A DNA stretch of 64,000 nt from an uncultured Rhodobacteraceae bacterium (GTDB taxonomy: Bacteria > Pseudomonadota > Alphaproteobacteria > Rhodobacterales > Rhodobacteraceae), in NCBI GenBank assembly GCA_905182105.1, contig CAJJAR010000014.1:32565-96564 (forward strand), in the 5' to 3' direction. Below the pieces are notes generated by a model, which saw only the letters and a list, made by a program, of their open reading frames with translations, made no database searches and was not told the origin of the DNA. Shown piece by piece: positions 31,381 through 42,931 of this stretch (positions within the stretch are counted from its first letter, which is position 1; every line of letters starts with the position of its first letter). Made by a program: the position numbers and the translations under genes.

Positions 31381-32409
31381 ATGACCTATTCTATCGCAAT
31401 TTTGGGTGCCAGTGGCTACACGGGCGCCGAACTTATCCGCCTAATTTCTGAACATCCTTCTATGAAAATTAAAGCTTTAGGGGCGTATTCTAAAGCGGGC
31501 AAAACCCTTGCTTCCGTCTTTCCACACCTGCGCCATCTGGACCTTCCAGGCATGATTAAGTTTGATGAAATTGATTGGTCCGACATTGATCTGTGTTTTT
31601 GTGCATTGCCACATAAAACTAGCCAAGAGGTCATTCGTGACCTGCCAAAATCTCTTAAAATTGTTGATCTTAGCGCTGATTTCCGTCTGCGTGATCCTGA
31701 GGCCTACGCGGCGTGGTATGGCAACCCACATGGCGCTGTAGAGATGCAGGGCGAAGCTGTTTACGGCCTAAGCGAATTTTACCGTGAAGATATTAAGACT
31801 GCCCGTTTGGTGGCTGGAACTGGCTGTAATGCGGCCACGGGCCAATTCGTGCTGCGTCCTTTGATTGCAGCAGGGGTTATCGATCTGGATGAGATCATTC
31901 TGGACCTTAAGTGTGCCGTCTCTGGTGCGGGCCGTGCGCTGAAAGAGAACCTTTTGCATGCTGAATTATCTGAGGGCTATCACGCCTACGCCGTTGGCAG
32001 TACGCACCGCCATTTGGGGGAGTTTGATCAAGAATTCAGCGCTTTGGCAGGGCGAGACGTGAAAATCCAATTCACCCCTCATCTTGTCCCTGCAAACCGC
32101 GGTATTCTGGCGACGACCTATGTTAAGGGCGATGCGAAAGTGGTCTATGACACGATGGTTGCGGCCTACGCGGATGAACCGTTCATCGAAGTGTTGCCAA
32201 TGGGCGCAACCCCAAGCACGCGTCACATTCGCGGCTCAAACTTTTGCCACATCGGTGTTGTTGCTGATCGGATCGAAGGACGCGCGATTGTGATCGCTGC
32301 ACTCGATAATTTGACCAAGGGAAGCAGTGGGCAGGCGTTGCAAAATGCCAATCTGATGCTAGATATTCCTGAGACAACAGGGCTGATGATGGCCCCTTTG
32401 TTCCCCTGA
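31381..32409 (+). CDS. argC: N-acetyl-gamma-glutamyl-phosphate reductase
   Basis: [25 protein letters not shown] and [11 protein letters not shown]. Confidence 0.96.
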   Translation: MTYSIAILGASGYTGAELIRLISEHPSMKIKALGAYSKAGKTLASVFPHLRHLDLPGMIKFDEIDWSDIDLCFCALPHKTSQEVIRDLPKSLKIVDLSADFRLRDPEAYAAWYGNPHGAVEMQGEAVYGLSEFYREDIKTARLVAGTGCNAATGQFVLRPLIAAGVIDLDEIILDLKCAVSGAGRALKENLLHAELSEGYHAYAVGSTHRHLGEFDQEFSALAGRDVKIQFTPHLVPANRGILATTYVKGDAKVVYDTMVAAYADEPFIEVLPMGATPSTRHIRGSNFCHIGVVADRIEGRAIVIAALDNLTKGSSGQALQNANLMLDIPETTGLMMAPLFP

Positions 32410-32425
32410 TCCCTAAGGACATGTA

Positions 32426-32872
32426 ATGAAATCGCTTAAGAAACAACGCCGTATTCAGGTGATTGCGATCATGGCAGTTGCCTTGGCCCTTTCTACTGTT
32501 TTGATTGGCTATGCTTTGCGCGATGGCATCAATTTCTTTCGCTCCCCAACGCAAGTGGTCGAAGATCCGCCTAGCTCATCCGAGGTGTTTCGCATCGGTG
32601 GGTTGGTCGAGGTTGGCAGCCTTGTGCGTGGTCAGGGTGAGACAATTCAGTTCGTCGTGACGGATGGTGGCGCGTCTGTTCCTGCCATCTATTCGGGTGT
32701 TTTGCCTGACCTGTTTGAGGAAAATCAGGGCATGGTGGGTATGGGCCGTTTGATCAACGGTGTCTTTGAAGCCACTGAAATTCTTGCAAAACATGACGAG
32801 AATTATATGCCGACTGAGGTTATTGACGCCCTCAAGGCACAGGGCGTCTATGTGGAGCCTGAAGGCAGCTAA
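32426..32872 (+). CDS. ccmE: Cytochrome c maturation heme chaperone
   Basis: RIGGLV, LPDLF.E.QG and LAKHDENY. Confidence 0.96.
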   Translation: MKSLKKQRRIQVIAIMAVALALSTVLIGYALRDGINFFRSPTQVVEDPPSSSEVFRIGGLVEVGSLVRGQGETIQFVVTDGGASVPAIYSGVLPDLFEENQGMVGMGRLINGVFEATEILAKHDENYMPTEVIDALKAQGVYVEPEGS

Positions 32873-32941
32873 CGTACGCTGCAGTTACCGGAAATTAACC
32901 TGATTTAATCATCCTCGTCTGGTCAGAAATGGCCAGAGGAC

Positions 32942-33558
32942 ATGGTGATGCAAACGGTACGACAGATTGCCCAACAGATTGTGGACCGCGAAGGCGGCTA
33001 TGTGGATGCCCCCGAGGATCCAGGTGGGGCCACCAATTTTGGTGTGACCATTTACACCATGCGTCGCCTTGGTTTGGAACTTGATCATGACGGGAATGTG
33101 GACAAACACGATGTGCAGATGCTGAGCCGTGCACAAGCCGTCGATATTTTTATCAAACACTACTTTGAGGGGCCGCTGATCTCGCAATTGCCGCAGCCTC
33201 TGCAGGCGACAGTCTTTGATATGTATGTGAACGCTGGCGGCAACGCGGTTCGCATACTTCAACGGTTGTTGATTGATATCGGGTTTGAAGTTGTTGTTGA
33301 TGGCGCCCTTGGCCTTCAATCTATCGCCGCGTTTAAGGCCACGTTCGAGAATGCGGGGGCTATTTGATTGATGCATATGGCATTGCGCGGCGCATTTATT
33401 ACCTGCGCCTTGCTGATTGCCGTCCTGCCAGCCGCAAATACGCGCGCACGCTTAAAGGGCAAAAGGGCCGGTGGATACGGCGTGCTGAAGAGTTCATCGC
33501 GCCCAAATGCCATCTGTCACAGTCACAGTTTTAAAAGAGGGTCGTGTCATGGACATGA
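32942..33558 (+). pseudogene. GH108 holin-associated N-acetylmuramidase (GTA-type endolysin), disrupted
   Basis: EGGYVD..EDPGGATNFGVT catalytic motif; frameshift at the G run 33355-59, after which the other frame reads YLIDAYGIARR.YY.RLAD.RPASRKYART...WIRRAEEFI; extra TAA 33532-34; ancestral stop TGA 33556-58. Confidence 0.85.
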
Positions 33559-34124
33559 TCGAACGAATGTTTCAATTGATGTTTGGTGGTGGCGACAACA
33601 TGGTCCGCGACATTGTGGAGGTCTTTCGTGAGAACGCCGAGGCCGGGTCACAGCGCGACGCGCAGGTTCAAATGCACACCATGCGTGAATATGGTCGGGA
33701 GTTTGCGATCCCCCGCCAAGGTTGGTTTGATAGCTGTATGGATGGGGTGAACCGCTTGCCGCGTCCCGCATTGGCCCTTGGGACACTTGGATTATTCGTG
33801 GCGGCAATGATCGACCCATTGTGGTTTTCGCAACGAATGCAAGGTATTGTACTGGTGCTCGAACTGATGTGGTGGTTGTTGGGTGTTATTGTCTCATTCT
33901 ATTTTGGGGCACGGCATCAGGTTAAAAGCCAGAAGTTTCAGCGTGAAATTGTTGGTACCATGGCGCACGTCCCGGAAGTGATGCACAATATCAAAGCACT
34001 GAAGGATTTAAGGGCAGAAAGCGTTGGCGTTGCTGATAGTGGCCCAGACGTCCGCCTGTCTGTGTCCTCAATTGCACCAGATGCCAACGTGGCACTTGAG
34101 ACATGGCGCAAACGCAACCAGTGA
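33549..34124 (+). CDS. GTA-type 3-TM holin family protein
   Basis: EVFRENAE, GWFD..MDGVNRLPRP and WWLLGVIVSFYFGAR; coupled to the GH108 gene. Confidence 0.82.
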   Translation: MDMIERMFQLMFGGGDNMVRDIVEVFRENAEAGSQRDAQVQMHTMREYGREFAIPRQGWFDSCMDGVNRLPRPALALGTLGLFVAAMIDPLWFSQRMQGIVLVLELMWWLLGVIVSFYFGARHQVKSQKFQREIVGTMAHVPEVMHNIKALKDLRAESVGVADSGPDVRLSVSSIAPDANVALETWRKRNQ

Positions 34125-34221
34125 CCCGCGACAATGTGAACCGAAGTTATGTGCGAAAATCATTGGCGCAGTTTGGGGCAGGGCCTATAGTTGACTTAAC
34201 TTTTCAAAATGGACGCCATTG

Positions 34222-36189
34222 ATGATCACTGAACTTGGACACTTTGCCCTGATTTTAGCCTTTATGGTCGCGATCGTTCAGACCTTTGTTCCGTTGGTCG
34301 GTGCCCACAAGGGGTGGCGGTCATGGATGGCGGTCGCCGAACCTGCCGCGTCGGCTCAATTCATGCTAACGGCCTTTGCATTCGGGGCCTTGATGTGGGC
34401 GTTTATGTCTTCTGATTTCAGCCTGTTGCTGGTTGTTCAGAACAGCCACTCTGCCAAACCAATGCTGTATAAAATCAGTGGCACATGGGGAAACCATGAG
34501 GGGTCAATGTTGCTTTGGGTCCTGATTGTATCCCTGTTTGGCGCCGTGGCTGCATGGTTTGGAACCAATCTGCCACCCAGCTTGCGGGCCCGTGTTTTAT
34601 CGGTTCAGGGCGCGATTGGCGTAGCGTTTTTTGCGTTTATTCTGTTCACCTCAAACCCGTTTACGCGTCTTGCCGTTCCGCCCTTTGATGGGCAGGATTT
34701 GAACCCGTTGTTGCAGGACCCTGGTTTGGCGTTTCACCCACCATTTTTGTACTTGGGCTATGTGGGTCTAAGCATGGCATTCAGCTTTGCCGTTGCTGCA
34801 TTGATTGAGGGGCGTGTGGATGCTGCGTGGGGTCGTTGGGTCCGTCCGTGGACACTGGCGGCGTGGATTTTCCTGACCATCGGCATCGCACTTGGGTCAT
34901 GGTGGGCCTATTATGAACTCGGCTGGGGTGGTTTTTGGTTCTGGGATCCGGTTGAAAACGCTTCCTTTATGCCGTGGTTGCTGTCTGCTGCTTTGCTGCA
35001 CTCTGCTATCGTGGTTGAAAAGCGTGAGAGCCTGAAATCATGGACGATTTTGCTGGCCATCTTAGCCTTTGGCTTTTCACTGATTGGCACGTTTATCGTG
35101 CGTTCGGGTTTGCTGACTTCTGTACACGCCTTTGCCAATGACCCTGAGCGGGGTGTGTTTGTCCTAATGATTCTTGGCTTTTTCACAGGTGGTGCATTGA
35201 TTCTGTTCGCGTTGCGCGCAGGTACGATGGAAGCAAAAGGCGTCTTTGGATTGGTGAGCCGAGAAAGCGCCTTGCTGACCAACAACATCCTTCTTGCTGT
35301 AAGCTGTTTCGTAGTTTTTGTCGGTACGATGTGGCCTTTGGTGGCAGAGATGTTCTTTGACCGCAAATTGTCGGTGGGACCGCCGTTCTTCAACATGGCC
35401 TTTACGCCGTTTATGTTGGTTCTGGGATTGGTTTTGCCAGTGGGCGCTATGATGCCTTGGAAGCGCGCAGAGATTAAGCGCGCTTTTTATCCGCTGCGCT
35501 ATGCGTTTGTTCTGGCGCTTGCAATTGCGGGGTTGGTTTGGGTTATGCAGACAGGTCGTTCAATCTTGGGACCGATTGGCGTGTTCTTAGCTGCGTGGGT
35601 TGTCATGGGCGCTGTCATTGATTTGGCGTCGCGTACCGGACGCGGGGGCGGCCGTTGGGGTCGTTTACTGCGTTTACCACGTGCAGATTGGGGCAAGATG
35701 CTGTCGCATTCAGGTCTTGGGATTACCATGCTGGGCGTCGCAGGCATTACGTCATGGCAGTACGAGGATATTCGCGTGGCCCAGATCGGCCAGCCTTATG
35801 ATGTAGGGGCCTATACGATCACGTTGAACGGGGTCGCGGATTCTGAGGGACCGAACTATTTGGCGACGATCGCCGATATCACATTGTCCAAAGATGGGCG
35901 TTTTTTGTCTGAAATGCGTCCAGAAAAGCGGATTTATCCTGTGGCCCAGATGCCGACGACAGAGGCAGCCATTGACTATAATTTGGCCCGTGACGTCTAC
36001 GTTGTTATTGGGGATGAGCAGGTTGCGGGCGGTTGGACTGTGCGGACCTATGTGAAACCATTGACCAACTGGATTTGGATTGGATGTGCGTTTATGGCCC
36101 TTGGTGGGTGCTTTAGCTTATCAGATCGGCGTTTCCGCGTGGCCGCAGGGGCGCGTAAAATAAACGTCAAAGCGGTGCCAGCAGAATGA
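34222..36189 (+). CDS. ccmF: Cytochrome c heme lyase subunit CcmF
   Basis: WGNHEGSMLLW, HPPFLYLGY, WGGFWFWDPVENAS and SVHAFA. Confidence 0.97.
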   Translation: MITELGHFALILAFMVAIVQTFVPLVGAHKGWRSWMAVAEPAASAQFMLTAFAFGALMWAFMSSDFSLLLVVQNSHSAKPMLYKISGTWGNHEGSMLLWVLIVSLFGAVAAWFGTNLPPSLRARVLSVQGAIGVAFFAFILFTSNPFTRLAVPPFDGQDLNPLLQDPGLAFHPPFLYLGYVGLSMAFSFAVAALIEGRVDAAWGRWVRPWTLAAWIFLTIGIALGSWWAYYELGWGGFWFWDPVENASFMPWLLSAALLHSAIVVEKRESLKSWTILLAILAFGFSLIGTFIVRSGLLTSVHAFANDPERGVFVLMILGFFTGGALILFALRAGTMEAKGVFGLVSRESALLTNNILLAVSCFVVFVGTMWPLVAEMFFDRKLSVGPPFFNMAFTPFMLVLGLVLPVGAMMPWKRAEIKRAFYPLRYAFVLALAIAGLVWVMQTGRSILGPIGVFLAAWVVMGAVIDLASRTGRGGGRWGRLLRLPRADWGKMLSHSGLGITMLGVAGITSWQYEDIRVAQIGQPYDVGAYTITLNGVADSEGPNYLATIADITLSKDGRFLSEMRPEKRIYPVAQMPTTEAAIDYNLARDVYVVIGDEQVAGGWTVRTYVKPLTNWIWIGCAFMALGGCFSLSDRRFRVAAGARKINVKAVPAE

Positions 36190-36650
36190 AACGCTTTGTT
36201 TTGGTTTTGATGTTGATAGCCTCGCCATTGTGGGCGGTTGAGCCAGACGAGATTTTGGCTAATCCCGCCTTGGAAGCCCGTGCGCGTGACCTGTCCAAGG
36301 GGCTGCGCTGTCTGGTTTGTCAGAATGAAAGCATTGATGAAAGCAATGCGTCATTGGCGCGTGATTTGCGTATTCTGTTGCGCGAACGGTTGGTCGCTGG
36401 GGACAGTGACGCAGCGGCAGTGGATTTCATCGTTGATCGCTATGGTGAATATGTCCTGCTGCAACCGCGTGCCAATGGGTCCACGTTGCTTTTGTGGGCG
36501 TCTGGTCCATTGATGCTGCTGCTTGCTGGTGGAATGGGGATCATTTATCTGCGTGGACGTGCCATGGGATCTACCACGGATGATACTGGACTGAGCGATG
36601 CGGAAAAAACGCGCTTGGCCCATATATTAGATAATGACTTCAAAGATTGA
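36186..36650 (+). CDS. ccmH: Cytochrome c biogenesis protein CcmH/CycL
   Basis: LRCLVCQNESIDESNA and RYGEYVL. Confidence 0.94.
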   Translation: MKRFVLVLMLIASPLWAVEPDEILANPALEARARDLSKGLRCLVCQNESIDESNASLARDLRILLRERLVAGDSDAAAVDFIVDRYGEYVLLQPRANGSTLLLWASGPLMLLLAGGMGIIYLRGRAMGSTTDDTGLSDAEKTRLAHILDNDFKD

Positions 36651-36722
36651 CGTGCGGTTTTGCTTTTCCAGCGAAACGTGTTTGATATGCTTCGGCTAAG
36701 CCAGTCAAAAGGACAAGATGCT

Positions 36723-37496
36723 ATGGATTACCAGACGATCAAATTTGAACTGAACGACAACATTGCTGTCATTACCTTGGATCGTCCTGATGTGATGAAC
36801 GCGATGTCGACCCAGATGCGCGCAGAAATTCAACATGCGGTCAAAGAGGGTGGGCGCACGGCACGCTGTGTTGTCTTAACTGGTGCAGGGCGTGCGTTTT
36901 GTTCGGGCCAGGACCTGGGCGATAATTCAGGCAACAGCTTTGATTTAGAGCAAACCCTGCGTGACGAATACGAACCGATGCTGAAGGTGATCTATGATTG
37001 TCCTGTACCAACAATTGCGGCCGTGAACGGTGCAGCAGCGGGCGCGGGCGCGAACCTCGCATTGGCGTTTGATGTGGTGATCGCAACAGAGAGTGCATAC
37101 TTCCTGCAGGCGTTTGCACGTATCGGCCTATTGCCCGACGCTGGTGGTACTTACACGATGCCGCGTTCAATGGGGACAGCCAAAGCAATGGGTGCCGCGC
37201 TATTTGCGGATAAGATCACAGCCCGCCAAGCGGACGATTGGGGCATGATCTGGGAAGCCGTTTCAGATGATACATTTATGGATCATTGGAAATCACGCGC
37301 TGCATATTTGGCAAACGGGCCAACTGCTGCGTTTGGATCCGTAAAACGTGCAATCCGTGGATCGTGGGACAACACGCTAGAAGACCAGCTTTCGCTTGAA
37401 GCATCAGAACAAGGTGAATGCGGTCGTACGCGTGATTTTAAAGAAGGTGTTTTGGCGTTTGTTGAAAAACGTGCTGCACAATTTGAAGGGCGCTAA
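36723..37496 (+). CDS. Enoyl-CoA hydratase/isomerase (PaaG-like)
   Basis: GRAFCSGQDL, NGAAAGAGANLALA and IGLLPDAGG; start trimmed to MDYQTIKF. Confidence 0.88.
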   Translation: MDYQTIKFELNDNIAVITLDRPDVMNAMSTQMRAEIQHAVKEGGRTARCVVLTGAGRAFCSGQDLGDNSGNSFDLEQTLRDEYEPMLKVIYDCPVPTIAAVNGAAAGAGANLALAFDVVIATESAYFLQAFARIGLLPDAGGTYTMPRSMGTAKAMGAALFADKITARQADDWGMIWEAVSDDTFMDHWKSRAAYLANGPTAAFGSVKRAIRGSWDNTLEDQLSLEASEQGECGRTRDFKEGVLAFVEKRAAQFEGR

Positions 37497-37824
37497 GTGT
37501 TTTGAGGACCATGGCGGGCGACCAATACAACGTCGCCCCAGATGGTACCTTTGTTGAATGGCATGACATAACAGCCAGCGGTGCGTCGTCTGCTTTTAGC
37601 GTGACCAAGGATTGAGTGTCATTGATGTCCATTGTCACAACAGGTGGCGCGTTGCGGGCATTGTAAATCACAACTATCCGCTCTTGTTCGGTCTCTGGAT
37701 CCTCAAAAAAGCACATTCAGTTCCGGTTGTAGACGCGTGCAAAAGGGCACCCCATTGTTCGTTTGGGAGCATTCCAGATGTGTCGTTCGATTTGGCCACC
37801 TTGGATGTTTACCTTGTCCGGCAT
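37493..37824 (-). pseudogene. Decayed small ORF resembling the C-terminal module of the neighbouring RTX protein
   Basis: ATG 37824 with in-frame TGA 37717-19, then FEDPETEQERIVVIYNARNAPPVVTM...LKADDAPLAVM, similar to DFDPAEDVLVYQYDPSVPTPVITF...MVDGHATLVI. Confidence 0.4.
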
Positions 37825-37836
37825 TTGGTCTGAATA

Positions 37837-38239
37837 TTAATGCGAGGCCCTTAAAGTGCCTGCTACCACTTCAGACATGGAGGTTACTTGGGCTGCAGTC
37901 AATATTTTAGCCGCCTCCAATCACGCACGCGAGCGCGGAATTGCTGATAAAAATCACAGCGTCTTTACCATCTTCCTCTGCAGTCATTATTGTTTCTGAT
38001 TGGTCTACAGCTACGAGTGCAAGGAGGTCTTCAATAGGGTAAAAATTATGAATCACCTTGGGTGGGAGGGTAGTAGATTCGTTTGATTCCGTTCCATGGC
38101 TTGAGACGTTCGGTAGCGCGCTGGGGATGGCAAATTCCGTAGTATAACCGCCAAATACAAGTTCATATAATCCATACAAGGTTAGCAACGCAGACAGCGA
38201 TACAGTCACTGTAAAAAACACACCAAACCCTAACACCAA
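37837..38239 (-). pseudogene. Membrane-anchored small protein with the same module, truncated
   Basis: N-terminal TM, then VIHNFYPIEDLLAL...DGKDAVIFISNSALACVIGGG, stop at 37907; the shifted frame continues LTAAQVTSMSEV to TAA 37837. Confidence 0.45.
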
Positions 38240-38312
38240 GTTATCAAGCAGATATTATGCGTGTGTTTTGAAGGGCGTCAATGGTGTGATGGTTACTTAA
38301 TAGCGCGCCAAG

Positions 38313-39814
38313 TTAGGCAAACGGCATTAGGAGTATGTTGTCTGCATCCAGAATAGCGCAGTCGACATTTTCGATAACAAGCGTGGCGTGGCCATCGACC
38401 ATCATCTGGGCGTCGTCGTATGGACCATTTCCAAACGTAATGACGGGCGTTGGCACAGATGGGTCATATTGATACACAAGGACGTCTTCAGCCGGATCAA
38501 AGTCCACAACCTTGGCCGCTGCTAAGCCTTCCATCCAGACGCCAGTTATAAGGGTGTCTGTAACTTCACCAGTACTGACAATTTCATTGGCACCGGCGTA
38601 GATAGTATCTTCGCCGTAGCCGTCAAATATAGTGTCTGCATCACCTTCTTCGGAGACTGTGGTGACAGACAGTTGAAGGATGTCTCCGGATGGTCTTGCT
38701 TCAATCCATTGGTATTCATCCAATAGATAGGCACCCATCAAGATGTCGTGCCCCGCATCGCCATGTATATAGTCGTTTCTGCTGCCGCCGATGAAGATGT
38801 CGTCATCGTTGCCGCCGCGCAGGAAGTCACCACCAGCCTGACCAATGACTAAGTCGTCGTCTGAACCGAAGAGTGAGTCATTGCCAAGACCACCTAAAAG
38901 AACGTCATTCTTGTTGCGACCAAACGCTTTATCATTTCCATCGCCAAGTTCGAAAATATTGGCTTCATCTGTGCCTGTTTTGATCATCGAATTTGTTGGA
39001 TCAGCCGTAACTTCATGGGGCGTTAAGAACACTTGATCAGGCGTCAGCTGGGTATAATCAACACCTTCAACGGTAAGGACAGCAGATCCATCGATCATCA
39101 GCTGCGCTTCGTCACTTGGACCGTTGATAAACTCAACTGTGGGCACCTCGTTTTCGCCGTCGTATAGATAGACCAAAACATCTTCGTTTCGTTCAAAATC
39201 AGTGACGTGAGCGGTTTCGCCGTCTTCCATCCAATAGCCGGTTGTCACAACATCGTTGCCTAGGCCAGTGTGAACAACGTCGTTTGAGCCAGCGACGATC
39301 GTGTCAAAGCCAACACCACCATGCAGTGTATCTGCTTCGCTGACCTCGTACATTGACGTCAACAAGAATGCAGGAAGTTCACCAGATCGGGTAGATTCCG
39401 CGACTTCCATTTCATTTAGAATGTCTGCGTCAAACAAGATATCATCGCCAGCGTCGCCGTGTAGGGTATCAGAACCCTATCCAACAACGAGTAAATCCTC
39501 ACCCGCGCCACCGCGTAGGAAATCATTACTTTCTTAGCCAAACACGATATCGGCGTCATCACCTGCAAAAACAGCATCGTTACCTGCGCCGCTTGTAATC
39601 AGGTCTTCACCTGCGCGCCCAAATATCCGGTCGTGGCCGTTGTGGGTTTCAATAACTTTTGGACCAGCGGTGCCCGTCTGTTGCATATTATCCAAAGTTG
39701 TTTGGATGTCTGCGTCTTCATCAGTTTCGTCGCTGTTGCCCTTTAACATGTCAAAGGGGAAGGGCCCGAAAGGATACCAAGACCAAGCAAGGATAGTATG
39801 GCTAGTTTGATCAT
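38313..39814 (-). pseudogene. RTX/hemolysin-type calcium-binding repeat protein with an internal duplication, disrupted
   Basis: RBS plus ATG 39814 (MIKLAILSLLGLGIL), frameshift near 39760, in-frame TAA 39534-36 and TAG 39477-79 inside GGxGxD repeats (FG*ESNDFLRGGAGEDLLVVG*GSDTLHGDAGDD); the 3' 374 aa remain open. Confidence 0.82.
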
Positions 39815-39934
39815 AGTTTTATCCTTCCTCTTACTCGTAACGGATTCATGCCAGTCTCTGTTAATGGTGCCATGATCGGGGTCAACCAACGTAGTTTTGA
39901 AGAAGGTCGGCTCTTTAGTTTTTGTATTTACAAT

Positions 39935-39967
39935 AAAAAATGGCTCCATCCTTGTGGATGAAGCCAT
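39935..39967 (-). terminator. Rho-independent terminator of gltA
   Basis: ATGGCTTCATCC-ACAA-GGATGGAGCCAT followed by a T run on the minus strand. Confidence 0.75.
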
Positions 39968-39996
39968 AAAAGCACTCTTTAAATAGAGTGGGTGAG

Positions 39997-41292
39997 CTAG
40001 CGATTTTCGATGTCGACATAATCTCGAACGGTTTCGCCAAGATAAAGCTGACGAGGGCGGCCAATCTTGTTTTGTGGGTCTGCAATCATCTCTTTCCACT
40101 GTGAAATCCAACCAACTGTACGAGACAGAGCAAAGATCGGAGTGAACATAGACGTTGGGAAACCCATCGCCTCGAGGATGATCCCTGAGTAAAAATCGAC
40201 GTTCGGGAACAATTTCTTTTCTGTAAAGTATGGATCGGCAAGTGCTGCTTTTTCCAATTCTTTGGCAACTTGAAGGATCGGGTTGTTTTCAACGCCGAGC
40301 AATTCCAGAACCTCATCCGCAGATTCTTTCATTACAGTCGCGCGTGGGTCGTGGTTTTTGTAAACGCGGTGACCAAAGCCCATCAGACGGAACGGATCGT
40401 TCTTGTCTTTTGCACGAGCGATGAATTCTGGAATGCGATCTGGTGTACCGATTTCGTTCAACATTTCTAGGCATGCTTGGTTTGCGCCGCCGTGGGCAGG
40501 GCCCCAAAGACATGCGATACCTGCAGCGATACACGCAAACGGGTTTGCGCCAGAAGAAGACGCCAAACGTACTGTAGATGTAGACGCGTTTTGTTCGTGG
40601 TCTGCGTGAAGCGTAAAGATACGGTCCATTGCGCGGGCCAAGATTGGATTAACTTCGTAATCTTCAGCAGGCACTGCAAAGCACATGCGCAAAAAGTTAG
40701 AGGCGTAATCCAAATCGTTGCGTGGATATACGAATGGCTGACCAATCGTGTATTTGTATGCCATCGCAGCAATAGTTGGCATTTTGGCGATCATACGAAT
40801 AGACGCAACTTCGCGCTGCCATGGATCAGTGATGTCCGTAGAATCGTGGTAGAACGCTGACATCGCACCAACAACACCGGTCATGATGGCCATCGGGTGG
40901 GCATCGCGGCGGAAGCCACGGAACAAATACATCATTTGTTCGTGTAGCATTGTATGGTTTGTCACGCGTGTTTCGAAATCTTCCAATTCTTTCGGGGACG
41001 GCAAGTTGCCGTACAACAGCAAATAGCAAACTTCGAGGTAATGCGATTTTCCAGCCAACTGATCAATTGGATAGCCACGGTGTAATAGCTCACCCTCGTC
41101 ACCATCAATAAACGTAATCGTGCTGTCGCAAGACGCAGTAGAGGTGAAGCCTGGATCATAAGTGAAAACGCCTGCCTGAGCGTAAAGCTTGCGGATATCT
41201 AGTACATCTGGACCAGCTGTCGGTGAGTAGATCGGCAGGTCGTACTCCTTACCATCAATGCTCAGCGTTGCGGATTTTTTTGTATCAGCCAT
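39997..41292 (-). CDS. gltA: Citrate synthase (type II)
   Basis: [35 protein letters not shown] and PNVDFYSG. Confidence 0.98.
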   Translation of the reverse strand: MADTKKSATLSIDGKEYDLPIYSPTAGPDVLDIRKLYAQAGVFTYDPGFTSTASCDSTITFIDGDEGELLHRGYPIDQLAGKSHYLEVCYLLLYGNLPSPKELEDFETRVTNHTMLHEQMMYLFRGFRRDAHPMAIMTGVVGAMSAFYHDSTDITDPWQREVASIRMIAKMPTIAAMAYKYTIGQPFVYPRNDLDYASNFLRMCFAVPAEDYEVNPILARAMDRIFTLHADHEQNASTSTVRLASSSGANPFACIAAGIACLWGPAHGGANQACLEMLNEIGTPDRIPEFIARAKDKNDPFRLMGFGHRVYKNHDPRATVMKESADEVLELLGVENNPILQVAKELEKAALADPYFTEKKLFPNVDFYSGIILEAMGFPTSMFTPIFALSRTVGWISQWKEMIADPQNKIGRPRQLYLGETVRDYVDIENR

Positions 41293-41425
41293 GTGATCCC
41301 CTTCATTATGTCTACGACAGGATTCTCCCGTCGATTTGTCAGGTTCGCCCGTTTTTGGCGGGAGCCCGTCATGCGTATCGTTATCGTTACGACCCTTACA
41401 AAGCGGTTAACCTTGAAACAGTCGT

Positions 41426-42853
41426 TTATGTAGCCGCTGTATCAACAGCGGCTTGCGTCAAGCGGGCCAAGGATTCTTCCTGTCCCAAGACTAACATCAT
41501 GTCAAAAACCGAGGGCGTTACAGCGCGTCCTGCAAGGGCTGCCCGTAAAGGCCCAGCCAGCTTACCAAACTTAGTGCCCTTCACCTCGCAAAAGGCATTT
41601 AGGGCAGCCTCAAGGCTATCTCGGTCCCAACTAACAGCACTTAAAAGCGGCGTCAATTCACTCAGTATACCATGGGATACTGAGCTTAAGTTTTTTGCAG
41701 CTTTTTCGTCTGGCACGATTGGACGCTTTGATAGGACAAAAATCGCCTTTTCGAGCAAATCAGGAAAGGTTTTTGCGCGTTCTTTAAGGCAAAACATACC
41801 ATTTAGCAGTCCATTCGACTGAGCGTCTGACAAAGCGGGTTGGCCTGATGCGTCCAAAAAGGCGATAAATTCTTTTACCAACGCAGCGTCATCTGTTTTT
41901 GCGATATGCTGTCCACAGAGGCTTTCAAGCTTTTTGAAATCGAACCGGGCAGGGCTTTTACCGATTCCTTTGAAGTCAAACCACTCCTGGGCCTGAGCAT
42001 CAGTAAAGAACTCATCATCCCCGTGGCTCCACCCCAGACGCGTCAGGTAGTTGCGCATACCAGCAGCAGGATAGCCCATGACCTGATATTCTTCAGCACC
42101 GGTTGCGCCGTGGCGTTTTGATAGTTTTTTGCCGTCGCCGCCAAAAATAAGCGGGATGTGGGCCCAAACAGGCACGTCCCAACCCATCGCGTTGTATATA
42201 GTCATTTGGCGCGCTGCATTGTTGAGGTGGTCATCACCGCGAATAACGTGGGTTACACCCATGTCGTGATCGTCGACAACAACAGCCAGCATATATACCG
42301 GCGTGCCATCTGAGCGTAGCAACACCATGTCATCCAACTGATCGTTGCGGATGGTTACGTTGCCTTGGACTTTATCCTCAATGATTGTGGTGCCGTCTTG
42401 GGGCGCTTTAATACGTACAACGAAGGGTGCATCTGGTTCGCCTTCTGCCGGTGCGTCGCGCCATGGGCTGTGAAAGAGGGTACTTTTTCCTTCAGCTTTG
42501 GCCGCATCGCGGAAAGCCTGAATTTCATCTTGGGTGGAATAACATTTGTATGCTTTGCCTGCGGCCAATAATTCATGTGCGACGGCTGCATGGCGGTCTG
42601 CACCGTCAAACTGGCTGATGACATCGCCATCATGATCCAAGCCAAGCCATGCCATACCTTGCAAGATTGCTTGTGTTGCTTCGGGTGTGGAGCGTGCACG
42701 ATCAGTATCTTCGATCCGCAAAAGGAACTTACCACCGCGCCCACGCGCATACAGCCAGTTGAAAAGAGCCGTTCGCGCTCCACCGATGTGCAGATACCCT
42801 GTTGGAGAGGGGGCAAAGCGGGTGACGACAGGTTTGGATGTGTCAACGGACAT
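41426..42853 (-). CDS. gltX: Glutamate--tRNA ligase
   Basis: [14 protein letters not shown] (HIGH), RIEDTD and KKLSKRHG (KMSKS). Confidence 0.97.
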   Translation of the reverse strand: MSVDTSKPVVTRFAPSPTGYLHIGGARTALFNWLYARGRGGKFLLRIEDTDRARSTPEATQAILQGMAWLGLDHDGDVISQFDGADRHAAVAHELLAAGKAYKCYSTQDEIQAFRDAAKAEGKSTLFHSPWRDAPAEGEPDAPFVVRIKAPQDGTTIIEDKVQGNVTIRNDQLDDMVLLRSDGTPVYMLAVVVDDHDMGVTHVIRGDDHLNNAARQMTIYNAMGWDVPVWAHIPLIFGGDGKKLSKRHGATGAEEYQVMGYPAAGMRNYLTRLGWSHGDDEFFTDAQAQEWFDFKGIGKSPARFDFKKLESLCGQHIAKTDDAALVKEFIAFLDASGQPALSDAQSNGLLNGMFCLKERAKTFPDLLEKAIFVLSKRPIVPDEKAAKNLSSVSHGILSELTPLLSAVSWDRDSLEAALNAFCEVKGTKFGKLAGPLRAALAGRAVTPSVFDMMLVLGQEESLARLTQAAVDTAAT

Positions 42854-42931
42854 GGGGAATTTACCTTTCAGTAACCACGAGGGTCATAGAGTTTTGTCAC
42901 TATCTATCTAGTGAGCAAAGCGGGGGCAAGC

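Noticed and set aside
32942-34124. Prophage remnant
   Set aside because: There are no integrase, capsid, tail or att features. The pair sits inside the ccm operon, as expected for a GTA-type lysis locus.
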